This document shows positions 30,873-41,659 of a stretch of DNA of 64,000 nt, piece by piece. The notes under the pieces are model-generated. The model was given only the letters and a program-made list of their open reading frames with translations, made no database searches and was not told the DNA's origin. Every line of letters starts with the position of its first letter. Within the stretch, counting starts at the first letter, position 1. Origin of the DNA: Candidatus Hydrogenedens sp. (GTDB lineage: Bacteria > Hydrogenedentota > Hydrogenedentia > Hydrogenedentales > Hydrogenedentaceae); NCBI GenBank assembly GCA_049968235.1, contig JBMFRC010000001.1:288001-352000 (forward strand). The letters are read 5' to 3'. A program made the position numbers and the translations under genes.

Positions 30873-32852
30873 TTACCCTTTCTCTCCGCGAATGATAGTA
30901 TACAGTGCGTTTACCGCATTCTTTAATTGAACCGCCTGAGCAGAAAGTTCTTCTGCTGTGGAAGCGGTTTCTTCGGAAGTTGCAGAAATATTTTGTGATA
31001 CTTGATTGATTGAGGATAGAGCCAGATTAATCTGCTCAATACCTTGTGCTTGCTCTATAGTTGTTGTTGAAATTTCAGTGATAAGGGTAACCGTTTTTTG
31101 AACGGATTCTGTAATTGTTTGTATGGCAGAGAAAACTTTTTCAGATACCTCCGCCCCTTTAGCAACATTGACTTGTGATTGCTTTAACAATTCTGCTGTT
31201 TCTTTTGCGGCAAGGGCACTACGTTGTGCCAAATTACGTACTTCCTCTGCAACTACAGCAAAACCTCGCCCGGCTTCACCTGCACGAGCCGCTTCTACTG
31301 CAGCATTAAGTGCCAGTAAATTTGTCTGAAAGGCAACCTCTTCTATCGTTTTGATAATTTTGGCTGTTTCATCAGATGATTTCTTAATCGCGGACATAGC
31401 CTGATTAAGTTCTGTTACTGCTATTGAACTCTGTTCTGTAGCATTCTGAATTTCTAATATTTTGTTTTTGGCTTCTTCTGAATTTGAGGCACTCTCCTGT
31501 ACATGAGAAGAAATTTCTTCCAGTGAAGCAGAAGTCTCTTCTAAGGAAGATACCTGATTACTTACCTGAGAAGCCATATCCTGACTACTGCTGGCTAAAT
31601 GTTCAGAAGCGCTATCTACCTGATTGGCAGATTCGTTCAATAGATTTGATAAATCCATCATATGTGAAGTCAATCGTCTTGCCATAAAGAACCAAAACAA
31701 TAATGATACTACCAGCGTTAGTACAGATAGGGTAATTACTAAAATAATCTGATTTTGGAATGCCCCTCGAATTTTAGATTCCACTTCCTGAAGTTCATCC
31801 ACATAAGCACTGCAACCGATAACCCAATCCCATGGTTCATAATACATAATCATGGCTATTTTTTTACGGGGCGTAATATCGTCTGCTTTTTTCCATGTGT
31901 AATAATGAATTGCTGTTTCTTTTCCTTTTAATGTTAATGCTTTGTTTATAATGTTCTGTATAAAATATTCTCCATTGGCATCTTTTGTTTCCCATTCATT
32001 TTTCCCATCTCGCGTTCCTTTGTATGAAATTACACAATACCCTTTATTGATACCTTTTCCATTCAGGACAAAGACATATCCCGTTTTACCTATTACAATA
32101 TCCATAATCGCTTTTCGCAAAGCAGTGGTACTCTCCTGCGGAATACCCGCATATAACATTCCAATAACTTTTCCTCCTGAATCACATATAGGGTCATACG
32201 CCGTTATATACCAGCGGTCAACAACAAAAGCAAGTCCTTTATACCTTTCTCCTTTTAATACTGTGTTTACCTCTGCATTGGGATTACCATCCGGCTCTTT
32301 TGCAGGAATATAAGTCCCTATTGCCCGGTACCCCTCTTTCGTTAACACATTGGTACATACCCTTAACATATCTCCTGCATCATTCATTCGTTGAAAAATA
32401 GTGCAAGTTACATTCTGCAAGTTTTTCACTTCATCTACAATAGGGGAAGGAATTTTAGGGTCTTTATTCGGCTCTATGATTTTGTCCCCTATCTTCATTA
32501 ATGGTAATACTACACTTTGTTTTTCCTTCGTAATTTGATTTGTCCCTTCCCATGTTGAAAGAGAATCTGTATTAATTTTTACACCTCCGGACATCTCCAC
32601 CAACTTATGAGCAACATCCAAACTCTTACCCACATAACTTTCCAAAACTTCCTGTTGACTTTCACAGAGACTATATACTCCCTCTGTAATATGCTTTAAA
32701 TCCGAATTAGCAAGTCTCTCTGTTTCAGTTAAAACGGAATCCAGAACCTTATTGTTCTGAAAATAAACACTTAAAAAAATGATTAATGCAGGCAGTACAG
32801 TAAAAACGGCACCTAAAATTAACAGCTTTAAAGTAAGAGATAAATTCATCAT
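30873..32852 (-). CDS. methyl-accepting chemotaxis protein with periplasmic Cache-type sensor domain
   Basis: N-terminal TM, a periplasmic ~300-aa domain, a second TM, HAMP, and an MCP signalling domain (LLALNAAVEAARAGEAGRGFAVVAEEVRNLA). Confidence 0.85.
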   Translation of the reverse strand: MMNLSLTLKLLILGAVFTVLPALIIFLSVYFQNNKVLDSVLTETERLANSDLKHITEGVYSLCESQQEVLESYVGKSLDVAHKLVEMSGGVKINTDSLSTWEGTNQITKEKQSVVLPLMKIGDKIIEPNKDPKIPSPIVDEVKNLQNVTCTIFQRMNDAGDMLRVCTNVLTKEGYRAIGTYIPAKEPDGNPNAEVNTVLKGERYKGLAFVVDRWYITAYDPICDSGGKVIGMLYAGIPQESTTALRKAIMDIVIGKTGYVFVLNGKGINKGYCVISYKGTRDGKNEWETKDANGEYFIQNIINKALTLKGKETAIHYYTWKKADDITPRKKIAMIMYYEPWDWVIGCSAYVDELQEVESKIRGAFQNQIILVITLSVLTLVVSLLFWFFMARRLTSHMMDLSNLLNESANQVDSASEHLASSSQDMASQVSNQVSSLEETSASLEEISSHVQESASNSEEAKNKILEIQNATEQSSIAVTELNQAMSAIKKSSDETAKIIKTIEEVAFQTNLLALNAAVEAARAGEAGRGFAVVAEEVRNLAQRSALAAKETAELLKQSQVNVAKGAEVSEKVFSAIQTITESVQKTVTLITEISTTTIEQAQGIEQINLALSSINQVSQNISATSEETASTAEELSAQAVQLKNAVNALYTIIRGEKG

Positions 32853-33180
32853 CCTCTCCCTTGTAACTCACTATTACTATTTGTTTTAATTTTATTATTA
32901 CATAACAACGAATAGAAAAGAAACTTTTCACAAAAGAAAATAAACAAATTTTATACTGGATATTTCTAAGACTATTCAGAATAGGGTTGTCTCATTTCCA
33001 AAAAGATATATTTACTAATCTATAAAGATATTGTTTTTTATTATTTTTTGAGTAATAATATATGGGCAATTTGATTTTATATATATGATAGGAGTATGCT
33101 TTTCCTCAATTGGGCTGTTTTCAGAAAGTTTGAGACTCCCCATCGAAACTCGAAAAATCACAATTTAAAGGAGACAAAAC

Positions 33181-33948
33181 ATGTCAGTTCTTAATGGTAA
33201 AATGATTCTTATAACATCTTGCTTATTGATATCCGCTCTTTTGCTTTTTATAACCCCTGTAAGAGGGCAGGATACAGCAGAGAAACCAACGTTTGAAAAT
33301 GATGTGGATAAATTATGCTATACCTTAGGTGTAAATGTGGCGAAGACTTTTCAAATGCTAAATACAAAACCTAATTTAGATGTGTTAAACAAAGCCATTA
33401 ATGATGTTCTGGAAAATAAAACTCTGGCTATGACAGACGAGGAAATGCAGAATTGCATCCGTAGTTTCCAGCAGAACCTTATGGAAGCACAGATGAAAAA
33501 GCGAGAAGAAGATGCCGTAAAAAATGAAGCAGAAGCGAAGAAATTCCTTGAAGAAAACAAAACGAAAGAAGGTGTTGTTACACTTCCCAGCGGTTTGCAA
33601 TATAAAGTATTGAAAGAAGGGAACGGTCCTAAACCGAAAGAAACGGACAGTGTAACTGTTCATTATAAAGGCACTCTTTTAGATGGAACAAAATTTGATA
33701 GTTCTTACGACCGAGGGGAACCCGTAACATTCCCATTAAATCGTGTTATTAAAGGCTGGACAGAAGCCCTACAACTCATGCCTGTTGGTTCCAAATGGCA
33801 ACTTTTCATTCCTCCCGACCTTGCCTATGGCAAAGATGGTAATCAACGCATTCCACCGAATGCTCTACTTCAGTTTGAAGTTGAATTAATTGAAATTAAA
33901 CCTCCAGAGCAAGAAAACAACAACACGGTCCAACTTCCCAATCAATAA
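33181..33948 (+). CDS. periplasmic FKBP-type peptidyl-prolyl cis-trans isomerase (FkpA-like)
   Basis: Signal peptide plus FKBP domain (VTVHYKGTLLDGTKFDSSYDRGEPVTFPLNRVIKGWTEAL). Confidence 0.85.
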   Translation: MSVLNGKMILITSCLLISALLLFITPVRGQDTAEKPTFENDVDKLCYTLGVNVAKTFQMLNTKPNLDVLNKAINDVLENKTLAMTDEEMQNCIRSFQQNLMEAQMKKREEDAVKNEAEAKKFLEENKTKEGVVTLPSGLQYKVLKEGNGPKPKETDSVTVHYKGTLLDGTKFDSSYDRGEPVTFPLNRVIKGWTEALQLMPVGSKWQLFIPPDLAYGKDGNQRIPPNALLQFEVELIEIKPPEQENNNTVQLPNQ

Positions 33949-33980
33949 ATAAAAAACATCGAAGAATAGAGAGTATATTA

Positions 33981-34014
33981 TCCCCCATACTTCTTCATAT
34001 GGGGGATTTTATTT
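33981..34014 (+). terminator. Rho-independent terminator after the FKBP gene
   Basis: TCCCCCATA, a loop, TATGGGGGA, then TTTTATTT. Confidence 0.6.
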
Positions 34015-34177
34015 GAGGTTGAGTAACAAATATTAACAAAGAGTAATTGTCTGGTATCGACAAAATGTAATTTGATGGAATAAAAGATGGTCTGTATCTA
34101 TTTCAACTTACAGAATGGGAATTAAGTAAAAACCATTCTTTCCATATTTTTTATTCGTTTGTGATTGCTTATAAATG

Positions 34178-35338
34178 TTACCCAAATACCTGTCGCATGC
34201 GGTCACAATAATAACAAATGTTATCCCATTTTGCATCAGGAGGAATGCGATGGTCTGGACAAGGGATAAAACCACCCAAATCTACCAGAGGTTTTAGTCG
34301 TTCTATCTCACGGTCAACAGCATCTTTATCGTAAAGGAATACTACTTTGTTCATTCCTCCGACGCCGCGTAAACCTTTGCCATATTTCTCTCTCCATGGA
34401 GCAATGCTTGCGTTCCATGTGCCGACCTCTATTGGAAACATGGTATTCACACCATTACGGAACCATGTTGGAATAAGGGCATCAATACAGCCATCACAAT
34501 CCAGTGAAACAATATCCAGACCATAACTGCTACATAATTCTGTAATTCTTTTATAATGAGGTCCAACCAATTCATCAAATACAGAAGGAATTACCAGCGG
34601 TCCGTTCTTAAAGCAGATGTCCTCCCAGAAATGAGCGAAATCGTATCGGGCTCCGTTCTGTAAGGCTCGTTTTGTATTCTGATAGCAAAGTTCTCCATAA
34701 GTATTAATCATCTCCTTAAACAAATCCGGGTCATCGGCATAAATATAACTTAATCCTACTACACCGGTAATATTTCGTAACGAACCTAATAAACTTCCAC
34801 AATGCAATCCATAAAGATAATCCCGTTCATTTTTTTTGAGAAATTCCTCTCCTCCTTCTCCAAAAGGTATCATTTTATCATTGACACGAACCGGCGTTTT
34901 CAGTATCCTGTCTTCATTATATTGAAGTCTTGGCAAATAATACTCTTCCCAATCCTTTCGTGCTTTCAATAGGTGGTCAAACTCTGCTGGAATAGAAACA
35001 GCCCCCGGTTTTTCAAGGACAATAACACCATCTTCGCTTTGAATCTTTCTTGAACCATCCGGCAATTCTTCAATAGTTTTTCGCTCAAATAATGGTGCTA
35101 AATGGGCATTAGGTTTAAATACTGAATAATAATTGAAATCAAAACCTAACTTTTCACTTATTACTGCATCCACAGGATTTCCATCCACCCATTCTTTCGC
35201 TTCTTCCTTTGTAATATATCCTTCTTCTGCCCATTTTGTTAATGTCTCATTCCAAAAACCAAAATGAACTATCGGTAAACGGTCATACAGTTCATATCTC
35301 AAAACCGCAAGTGTTCTTTCCCTATGTGTCATTAACAT
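34178..35338 (-). CDS. uroporphyrinogen decarboxylase (URO-D/MtaA-like) family protein
   Basis: N-terminal ...ERTLAVLRYELYDRLPIV... pattern and a length of 386 aa fit the URO-D family. Function is unknown. Confidence 0.45.
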   Translation of the reverse strand: MLMTHRERTLAVLRYELYDRLPIVHFGFWNETLTKWAEEGYITKEEAKEWVDGNPVDAVISEKLGFDFNYYSVFKPNAHLAPLFERKTIEELPDGSRKIQSEDGVIVLEKPGAVSIPAEFDHLLKARKDWEEYYLPRLQYNEDRILKTPVRVNDKMIPFGEGGEEFLKKNERDYLYGLHCGSLLGSLRNITGVVGLSYIYADDPDLFKEMINTYGELCYQNTKRALQNGARYDFAHFWEDICFKNGPLVIPSVFDELVGPHYKRITELCSSYGLDIVSLDCDGCIDALIPTWFRNGVNTMFPIEVGTWNASIAPWREKYGKGLRGVGGMNKVVFLYDKDAVDREIERLKPLVDLGGFIPCPDHRIPPDAKWDNICYYCDRMRQVFG

Positions 35339-35592
35339 GCTCCTTATTCGGTTTAATTTTTTTCTTATCCATAATTATATATTACTCCCTAAATGAAAAA
35401 TGCAAAAATGAATAGAATGATTTTGTTCTTATGCATCATGGCAAAATATCCGGATGACTTATATTTTTTTCTTGCAACGAGTGCATAATTCGTAGTAACA
35501 TTATATATGCTGAATTTATTGTTTTATGCGGTGTTTTATTAACGATTTCCTTATGTTATCCTATTTCGGTTCATAGAAAAGGTTTTCTTTTT

Positions 35593-36624
35593 TTGAAAAA
35601 AAAGTTTTTATCTGAAATAATTATTTGTTTTTGTTTTTTACTCTTATCTCTTTCTACATATGGAGATGCATTAAAGTCTGTAACTATCCGTTTTCCTGCT
35701 ATGGGAACGGAGTTTGTATTTATTATCTATCCCCCCTCCGAAGGCATGCTTGAAGAAGATATCCGCAATTTATGTGAACCTGCTATAAATGCTGTTTATA
35801 ATCTTGAGAAGCATATCAGTCATTACTTACCTGATAATGACCTTGCACGGTTAAACCAATCGGCAGGTTCAGGTATGCTTAAAGTAAACAGTGACCTTTT
35901 TGAGGTTATCCGCTGGTCTAAACGATATTGGGAACGCACAGGTGGTGCCTTTGACCCGAGTGTGGGTCCTTTGCTGGACCTATGGGGATTTTATAGAAAA
36001 AATCGAGAGGACCTTCCTTCGGATAAAGAAATTTCTGAAGCATTAAAGAAAGTAGGTATGGATAAAGTAATTATAAATGGAGACGAACAATCTGTTGGAC
36101 TAACAGTTCCCGGGATGCGTCTTGATTTTGGCGGAATAGGAAAAGGATTGGCATTAGACCGAGCAAAAACGATATTAAAAGGACAGGGAATACAATCGGG
36201 CATATTGCATTCCGGAACAAGTTCGATTGTAGCCATTGGGACACCCCCCAACCAGACAGGTTGGAAAATAGGTATCCGTTCGCCTTATAATAAAAGTGAA
36301 ACGATTGAAGAATTTATAATTAATGATGAATCACTTTCTACATCTTCCGTTTCTGAACAGTTTTTGGAACGAAAAGGCAAAAAGTTTGGTCATATATTTA
36401 ACCCGAAAACAGGTTACCCTGTAGATAATAGTATTGTGAGTGCCACAGTTATTTGCAAAACTGCAGTTGAAAGTGATGCTTTAAGCACATCGTTTTTTGT
36501 ACTTGGTATTGATAAAACACAGGAATATTGTAAAAAATTTCAGGATGTGAAAGTTTTTCTGGTATCCGAAAGTAATAAAAAATTAGATAAACAATACATA
36601 AACCTTAAACAAAGCGAGGAATAG
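35593..36624 (+). CDS. apbE: FAD:protein FMN transferase (ApbE family), secreted
   Basis: Signal peptide. GGAFDPSVGPLLDLWGF and LDFGGIGKGLALD are ApbE motifs. Confidence 0.8.
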   Translation: MKKKFLSEIIICFCFLLLSLSTYGDALKSVTIRFPAMGTEFVFIIYPPSEGMLEEDIRNLCEPAINAVYNLEKHISHYLPDNDLARLNQSAGSGMLKVNSDLFEVIRWSKRYWERTGGAFDPSVGPLLDLWGFYRKNREDLPSDKEISEALKKVGMDKVIINGDEQSVGLTVPGMRLDFGGIGKGLALDRAKTILKGQGIQSGILHSGTSSIVAIGTPPNQTGWKIGIRSPYNKSETIEEFIINDESLSTSSVSEQFLERKGKKFGHIFNPKTGYPVDNSIVSATVICKTAVESDALSTSFFVLGIDKTQEYCKKFQDVKVFLVSESNKKLDKQYINLKQSEE

Positions 36625-36626
36625 CC

Positions 36627-38084
36627 ATGAAATCCAATGTCTCTCGTAGAAATTTTATCAAAACAGCAAGCACTGCCACAGGACTTATGGTAATGGCAGG
36701 AAAAGCCCCATTCTCCTATGCACTCAACGACAAAGTAAAGGTCGGTTGTGTGGGTTGTGGAGGACAGGGAAGTTTTCATATTAAAGATGGATTGATGGGT
36801 ACTTCTGATATTGTCATCACTGCGGTATGTGATGCGTATGGTCCCCATCAACGGTTAGCGGTGCAATTAGCCCAGATTTCAAATGCAGGTATTGCCCTTG
36901 AACCCGGACAGGGTCTAACCGAAGAACAACGGCAAAAGGCTCTGGCTGCATTCAAACCGAAGAGTTATTATGATTACCGTGAAATGTTAGAAAAAGAAGA
37001 ACTGGATGCAGTTGTAATTTCCACGCCACTCCATACACACTATCAAATAACTATGGATAGTTTGAGTGCCGGTAAATATGTCTTTTGTGAAAAGACTATG
37101 TGCTATGAGATTGAACAAGCACGAGACATCGTAAAGAAATGTCACGAAACAGGTAAATGGGTTCAGGTAGGACATCAACGGAGATACAATCCTTTATATA
37201 ACAAAGCCTTGATGATGATTTGGGAGGAGGGGACTATTGGTCGTATTGTTCATATTGATGCTCAATGGCACCGCAATAATGATTGGCGACGTCCGATTAA
37301 CAAAGACCATAAACTCAACTCTCAAGAAGCACGCTTCATTAAAGATTTAGAGCGATATATGAACTGGCGATTGTATAAAGAATCCTCCCGAGGCTTATTA
37401 ACAGAATTAGCAACGCACCAATTGGACATTGTTGCATGGTTCCTCGATGCTATGCCCAAACGGGTTCATGGTTGCGGTAGTCTGGATTACTGGAGAGACG
37501 GACGCGAAATTCACGATAGCATTAATATGATTTATGAATTTGATATAACCCCTGAAAATCGTGGCTACCGTGCTATTAATGCTCGCAGTAGTTATCAGGA
37601 TAAAAAGGCAATCAATCAACCTTACACAGTTCAATTAGCCTATTCCAGTATCACTGCTAATGCAAAGAAAGGATGTAATGAATTAATACAAGGTGATGAA
37701 GGGACTATTGAATTGAGTGAAGAGGGCGGAAGTTTCTATCCGGAAGCAACATCCAAAGTTTCCTGGGGCGAGTCCGGTAGTGCAGAACAAACCGCAACAG
37801 TCATCACTTCTGGTGGAACCTTAAAACTGAGTAATAAAGCCCTTCAAGAAGGCAAACCGATTGTTGTAGATAATACGCGTTCTGTTGACCAACTTCAATT
37901 TATGCGTTTTGCAAAAGATATTAAAGAAGGTGGCATTCCAAAGGCGAATCAGATGGTCGGATTACGTGCTACAATTATGGCTCTTGCAGGTTATCAGGCC
38001 ATAGAGGAAAAACGCATGGTTGAAATAGACCCGGCTCTCTACACCTTTGACTTCCCGACTCCCGACCCATCAACGGTTAGTTAA
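36627..38084 (+). CDS. Tat-exported Gfo/Idh/MocA family NAD(P)-binding oxidoreductase (a GH109-like glycosidase is not excluded)
   Basis: Twin-arginine signal (SRRNFIKTASTATGLMVMAG), a Rossmann motif VGCVGCGGQG, then the Gfo/Idh/MocA C-terminal domain. It starts 3 bp after apbE. Confidence 0.7.
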   Translation: MKSNVSRRNFIKTASTATGLMVMAGKAPFSYALNDKVKVGCVGCGGQGSFHIKDGLMGTSDIVITAVCDAYGPHQRLAVQLAQISNAGIALEPGQGLTEEQRQKALAAFKPKSYYDYREMLEKEELDAVVISTPLHTHYQITMDSLSAGKYVFCEKTMCYEIEQARDIVKKCHETGKWVQVGHQRRYNPLYNKALMMIWEEGTIGRIVHIDAQWHRNNDWRRPINKDHKLNSQEARFIKDLERYMNWRLYKESSRGLLTELATHQLDIVAWFLDAMPKRVHGCGSLDYWRDGREIHDSINMIYEFDITPENRGYRAINARSSYQDKKAINQPYTVQLAYSSITANAKKGCNELIQGDEGTIELSEEGGSFYPEATSKVSWGESGSAEQTATVITSGGTLKLSNKALQEGKPIVVDNTRSVDQLQFMRFAKDIKEGGIPKANQMVGLRATIMALAGYQAIEEKRMVEIDPALYTFDFPTPDPSTVS

Positions 38085-38154
38085 CATTTTCAATTTTTAT
38101 AGAACAGATTCATATAATAAAATTATAAACATATAAAAAAGAGAAAGTGATGCC

Positions 38155-41100
38155 ATGAGTAAATCGTGGAGAAGATGTATTTCATTATTAGTTTTCACTT
38201 TGGGTTTTCTGCCATTCCTTTCTATTTCAGCAAAGGAGACAACAGAACCATTACAAAACATTATAGAAAATTATGATAAATATATAGGCAGAGACCTTGT
38301 AATTAATAATCGTGCTCCCAACGCAAAAGTCATTCGCACACTACCTCTCTCATGCCCTCCTTTCCATTTAAGGGATAAAAATGGGGATATTATTGACCCG
38401 ACAAAAAATGCGGATGGGACACCCATTGACCCCAACCTGCCGGTTCAACAGCAAGGAATTCCCAGAGCGGTAAGCACAAAACAGACATGTGGAGCATGTC
38501 ATCCTTATGACAGGATTACTCATGGTTATCATTTTCAGATGGGTCGTGATGAACTTTATCCAGATACAGACCCGAGTAGTGGCGTTCCTAAAGATAAAAG
38601 TCCCGGGTTTTTCGGGAAATGGCTCTCTCTATATCAACGGGAATTGGTAGGAAAACATTTTGAAAATCCTGAACAGGTAGATATGACTCCTTTTGACTGG
38701 ATTGTAAATTGTGGAGTATGTCATCCCGGTGGTGGACCTGCTGAATATGACCGTTCCGGTAAAAATTATGCAACGGTGAAAAAAACAAGTCCATTAGCAG
38801 GTTCTTTTGGGGATGGAGATTACCACGAATCCCCATGGGAAAAAACAGGGGTTATTGAAGCGGATTGTTTCATTTGTCACCTTGAAGATTATGAATATTC
38901 CCTTCGTGCTCAACAGATAAAAAAATGGAACTTCGAATATGCAGCAACTGCGGGTGCTGGCTTTGGTTTCGTTTGGGGCTCAACCATTGATGGACAAGAG
39001 CCCAAAGTTTACTATAACAAAAGCCTTTTCCGTGCAGATGGAACAGTGCACCTACACATTCGCCGTCCAACAGACCGTCAATGTATGTTCTGCCATGATA
39101 TGTCCAGTGTTCAGAAACGTGGAATTTCATGGCACTCTCCATATATGCAGGATGTTCACACAGAACAAGGTCTGAAATGTATTGATTGCCACCATGGTGA
39201 TATCCGCCACAATTTTGCAAAAGGAGATTCTTCTATACAAACAGTTCGCGATGATTTGGATAATACAATTTTATCCTGTAAAAAATGTCATTACCAACAG
39301 GAAAAAGGCGCCCCGTACCCCGAACATAAAGGATTACCTCCTTTACATCTGGAACGGATAGATTGTACAGCGTGCCATATAACGCATCGTCCATTCTTGC
39401 CTGTATCTATTATTGACCCATTAACAGGCAAAGCCATAACTTTACCGGAAATCCAGGATATGAATTATTGGGGAGCCTTTGAATTCGGCGGTTTTTGGGG
39501 TTGGTCGCGAAGTAGAGACGATGCAAATCTTATATTTCCTTATACCGAAGACCAATTAAAGCAGGCTAAGGAATATATTATTTCTAATGAAGACAATATT
39601 CGCAAAATGTTCAAAGAAGCATTTTTGACAGACCTGCCCGAAGGGAATATTAAAGTCGCCGATTTCATCCAGCAAAAACAGGGACTTGAAAATTCAGAAG
39701 CCCGTGGATTAATGCTGATTACATTATCCCAATTAGTCCGTCCTGCAAAAGAAGCATTCCCGGTTGTTGTTTTCCGAAATCAAGCATACTCCTACGATGC
39801 CGGGCAAATACGGGAATTAAAAACAACACCACAACCGAAACGACCCGGTGCTACTATTATCGAATCTTCTTTTGATTTAGGTAGAAGTAAACCTGATGGA
39901 AAAATCTATGCTCAGAATACTCAGGTTTCCGCATATTGGGTTTATACTGATGGGGAGGAGGTTCGTCCTGTATTGCTTAAAGACATGAAGAAGGCTTACG
40001 ACTGGTTAACATCACAAGAATATAGTTTCTCTCTTTATTCCGCACAGCCTCAGAATGGACAGACTTCTCCTGCACTTCCGGAAAATCCATTCAAACAGGC
40101 ACAACAGACAACTACAACCTCATCGGAAAATACCGGAGCATTACAATCGCAAACATCTCCTCCCTCAGATACAGCAGAACGTAAAAAGACAGCGGAAGAA
40201 GTTCGTCAAATAGCAGAGATGGAAGAAAACCTAAAATCTGCTATACAGAAAAAAATAAAGGTATATTCCACATCGGACACTCGACCATTAAAAATTTATG
40301 ACGATAACAATGATACCTTCCCCGAAGTAAATTCTCAGGAAGAAATCGGCTTGTTCGCATGGGCACTTAAACAGACTGTTCCATCGCTACGCGAAAAAGA
40401 TTTATATTACTTGAGAGGAACCACTGTTTTTCGTGTTAGTGTTAAAGGCGGAGAAAATCCTTATGACCGTGAGTTTTTAGATATGGACCGTATTGGTGAG
40501 AATAAACCTTTCATAGCCATTACGAGATACGAACAGAAAGAAGAATCCGGTGAATATAGTTGGGACAAACCGAAACAAGTTTGGAAACCTGTCGAAATAC
40601 GACTTTGTTCGCCGTATGAAGCAGAGATTGTGCAAGTTGACCCGAAGGCATATCCATCTATTATCGCTATGGCAAAACCATTAGAATGGACTGTCTCTCA
40701 TGGTGTAGAACCTGCAAGCCGTGCATACGGTGCTAAAGGTTGTACAGAGTGCCATTCAGAAAATTCTTCATTCTTCATGGGTAGTATGCTCGTAGACCCA
40801 TTTTCTGAAAACGGGACGCCCAAATATGTTCCCCTATGGCATATCTTGGGCTACGATATTTCCAACTTGAAAATAGGAGCATGGCGCGAAGGTGTATTGA
40901 AAAAATATGCCCCATGGATTGTGCTCATACAATTATTACTCATTCTTGTACACTATGTCCTTATCGGGAGAAAAGAAGGAACACCTGTTGGGAAACCTAA
41001 TGTCCTTCGTTTCCGTTTTTATGAACGAATAGCCCATGCGATTGCCATGATTAGTGTTACATTCCTGGCTATTACGGGTTTCTTCTTCCTTATGGGTCAA

Positions 41101-41601
41101 CATGACCCCTTAGGACCCTGGGCAAGGGTGTGGCATACATGGTTTGGTTATGTCGCATGTGCGGGTGTTGTATTTATCTTCTTATCCTGGGTAGCCTTCA
41201 TGTTCCCTGCTAAAGGGGATTTCCGTTGGTTATTGAAAGCAGGCGGTTATTTAGGTGGTGTTAAAGGACATGTTCCAGCGGGCAAATTTAATGCCGGGCA
41301 AAAAATCCTATTCTGGTTAGCAATACTTGCATCAGGGACCTGTGGAATAACAGGTGTTGTTATGGGACTTAATCGTGGTTTTCACTTCCCAAATCAAGAA
41401 ATATTCTATACGATACACGATATATCTGCACTGGTTATGATTCTGGTACTCATTGCTCATATTTATTTAGCCGCCTTTGTTGTCCCTCACAGTTTGCGGG
41501 CTATTTTCGGAGGAAAGGTAAGCGATATATGGGCAAAAGAACACCATTCACTCTGGGCTTTTACAGTAATTGATGAAAAAAACAATTCATCTGAACATTA
41601 A
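38155..41601 (+). CDS. multiheme c-type cytochrome (8 CxxCH) fused to a C-terminal FdnI/HydC-like di-heme cytochrome b membrane domain (CbcL-like domain content)
   Basis: Signal peptide, then eight CxxCH motifs (CGACH, CGVCH, CFICH, CMFCH, CIDCH, CKKCH, CTACH, CTECH). A Q/T/S/P-rich low-complexity linker follows, then four or five TM helices with conserved His (HAIAMISV, WHTWFGY, HDISALV...IAHIY). Confidence 0.8.
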   Translation: MSKSWRRCISLLVFTLGFLPFLSISAKETTEPLQNIIENYDKYIGRDLVINNRAPNAKVIRTLPLSCPPFHLRDKNGDIIDPTKNADGTPIDPNLPVQQQGIPRAVSTKQTCGACHPYDRITHGYHFQMGRDELYPDTDPSSGVPKDKSPGFFGKWLSLYQRELVGKHFENPEQVDMTPFDWIVNCGVCHPGGGPAEYDRSGKNYATVKKTSPLAGSFGDGDYHESPWEKTGVIEADCFICHLEDYEYSLRAQQIKKWNFEYAATAGAGFGFVWGSTIDGQEPKVYYNKSLFRADGTVHLHIRRPTDRQCMFCHDMSSVQKRGISWHSPYMQDVHTEQGLKCIDCHHGDIRHNFAKGDSSIQTVRDDLDNTILSCKKCHYQQEKGAPYPEHKGLPPLHLERIDCTACHITHRPFLPVSIIDPLTGKAITLPEIQDMNYWGAFEFGGFWGWSRSRDDANLIFPYTEDQLKQAKEYIISNEDNIRKMFKEAFLTDLPEGNIKVADFIQQKQGLENSEARGLMLITLSQLVRPAKEAFPVVVFRNQAYSYDAGQIRELKTTPQPKRPGATIIESSFDLGRSKPDGKIYAQNTQVSAYWVYTDGEEVRPVLLKDMKKAYDWLTSQEYSFSLYSAQPQNGQTSPALPENPFKQAQQTTTTSSENTGALQSQTSPPSDTAERKKTAEEVRQIAEMEENLKSAIQKKIKVYSTSDTRPLKIYDDNNDTFPEVNSQEEIGLFAWALKQTVPSLREKDLYYLRGTTVFRVSVKGGENPYDREFLDMDRIGENKPFIAITRYEQKEESGEYSWDKPKQVWKPVEIRLCSPYEAEIVQVDPKAYPSIIAMAKPLEWTVSHGVEPASRAYGAKGCTECHSENSSFFMGSMLVDPFSENGTPKYVPLWHILGYDISNLKIGAWREGVLKKYAPWIVLIQLLLILVHYVLIGRKEGTPVGKPNVLRFRFYERIAHAIAMISVTFLAITGFFFLMGQHDPLGPWARVWHTWFGYVACAGVVFIFLSWVAFMFPAKGDFRWLLKAGGYLGGVKGHVPAGKFNAGQKILFWLAILASGTCGITGVVMGLNRGFHFPNQEIFYTIHDISALVMILVLIAHIYLAAFVVPHSLRAIFGGKVSDIWAKEHHSLWAFTVIDEKNNSSEH

Positions 41602-41659
41602 TTTCCTTTACAATTAAACGTTATAACACATTATTTATCATTAACATTGGGAGTATCTT

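Noticed and set aside
31123-32313. Plus-strand ORFs of 68, 67 and 123 aa
   Set aside because: They lie antisense inside the well-supported MCP gene and are spurious.
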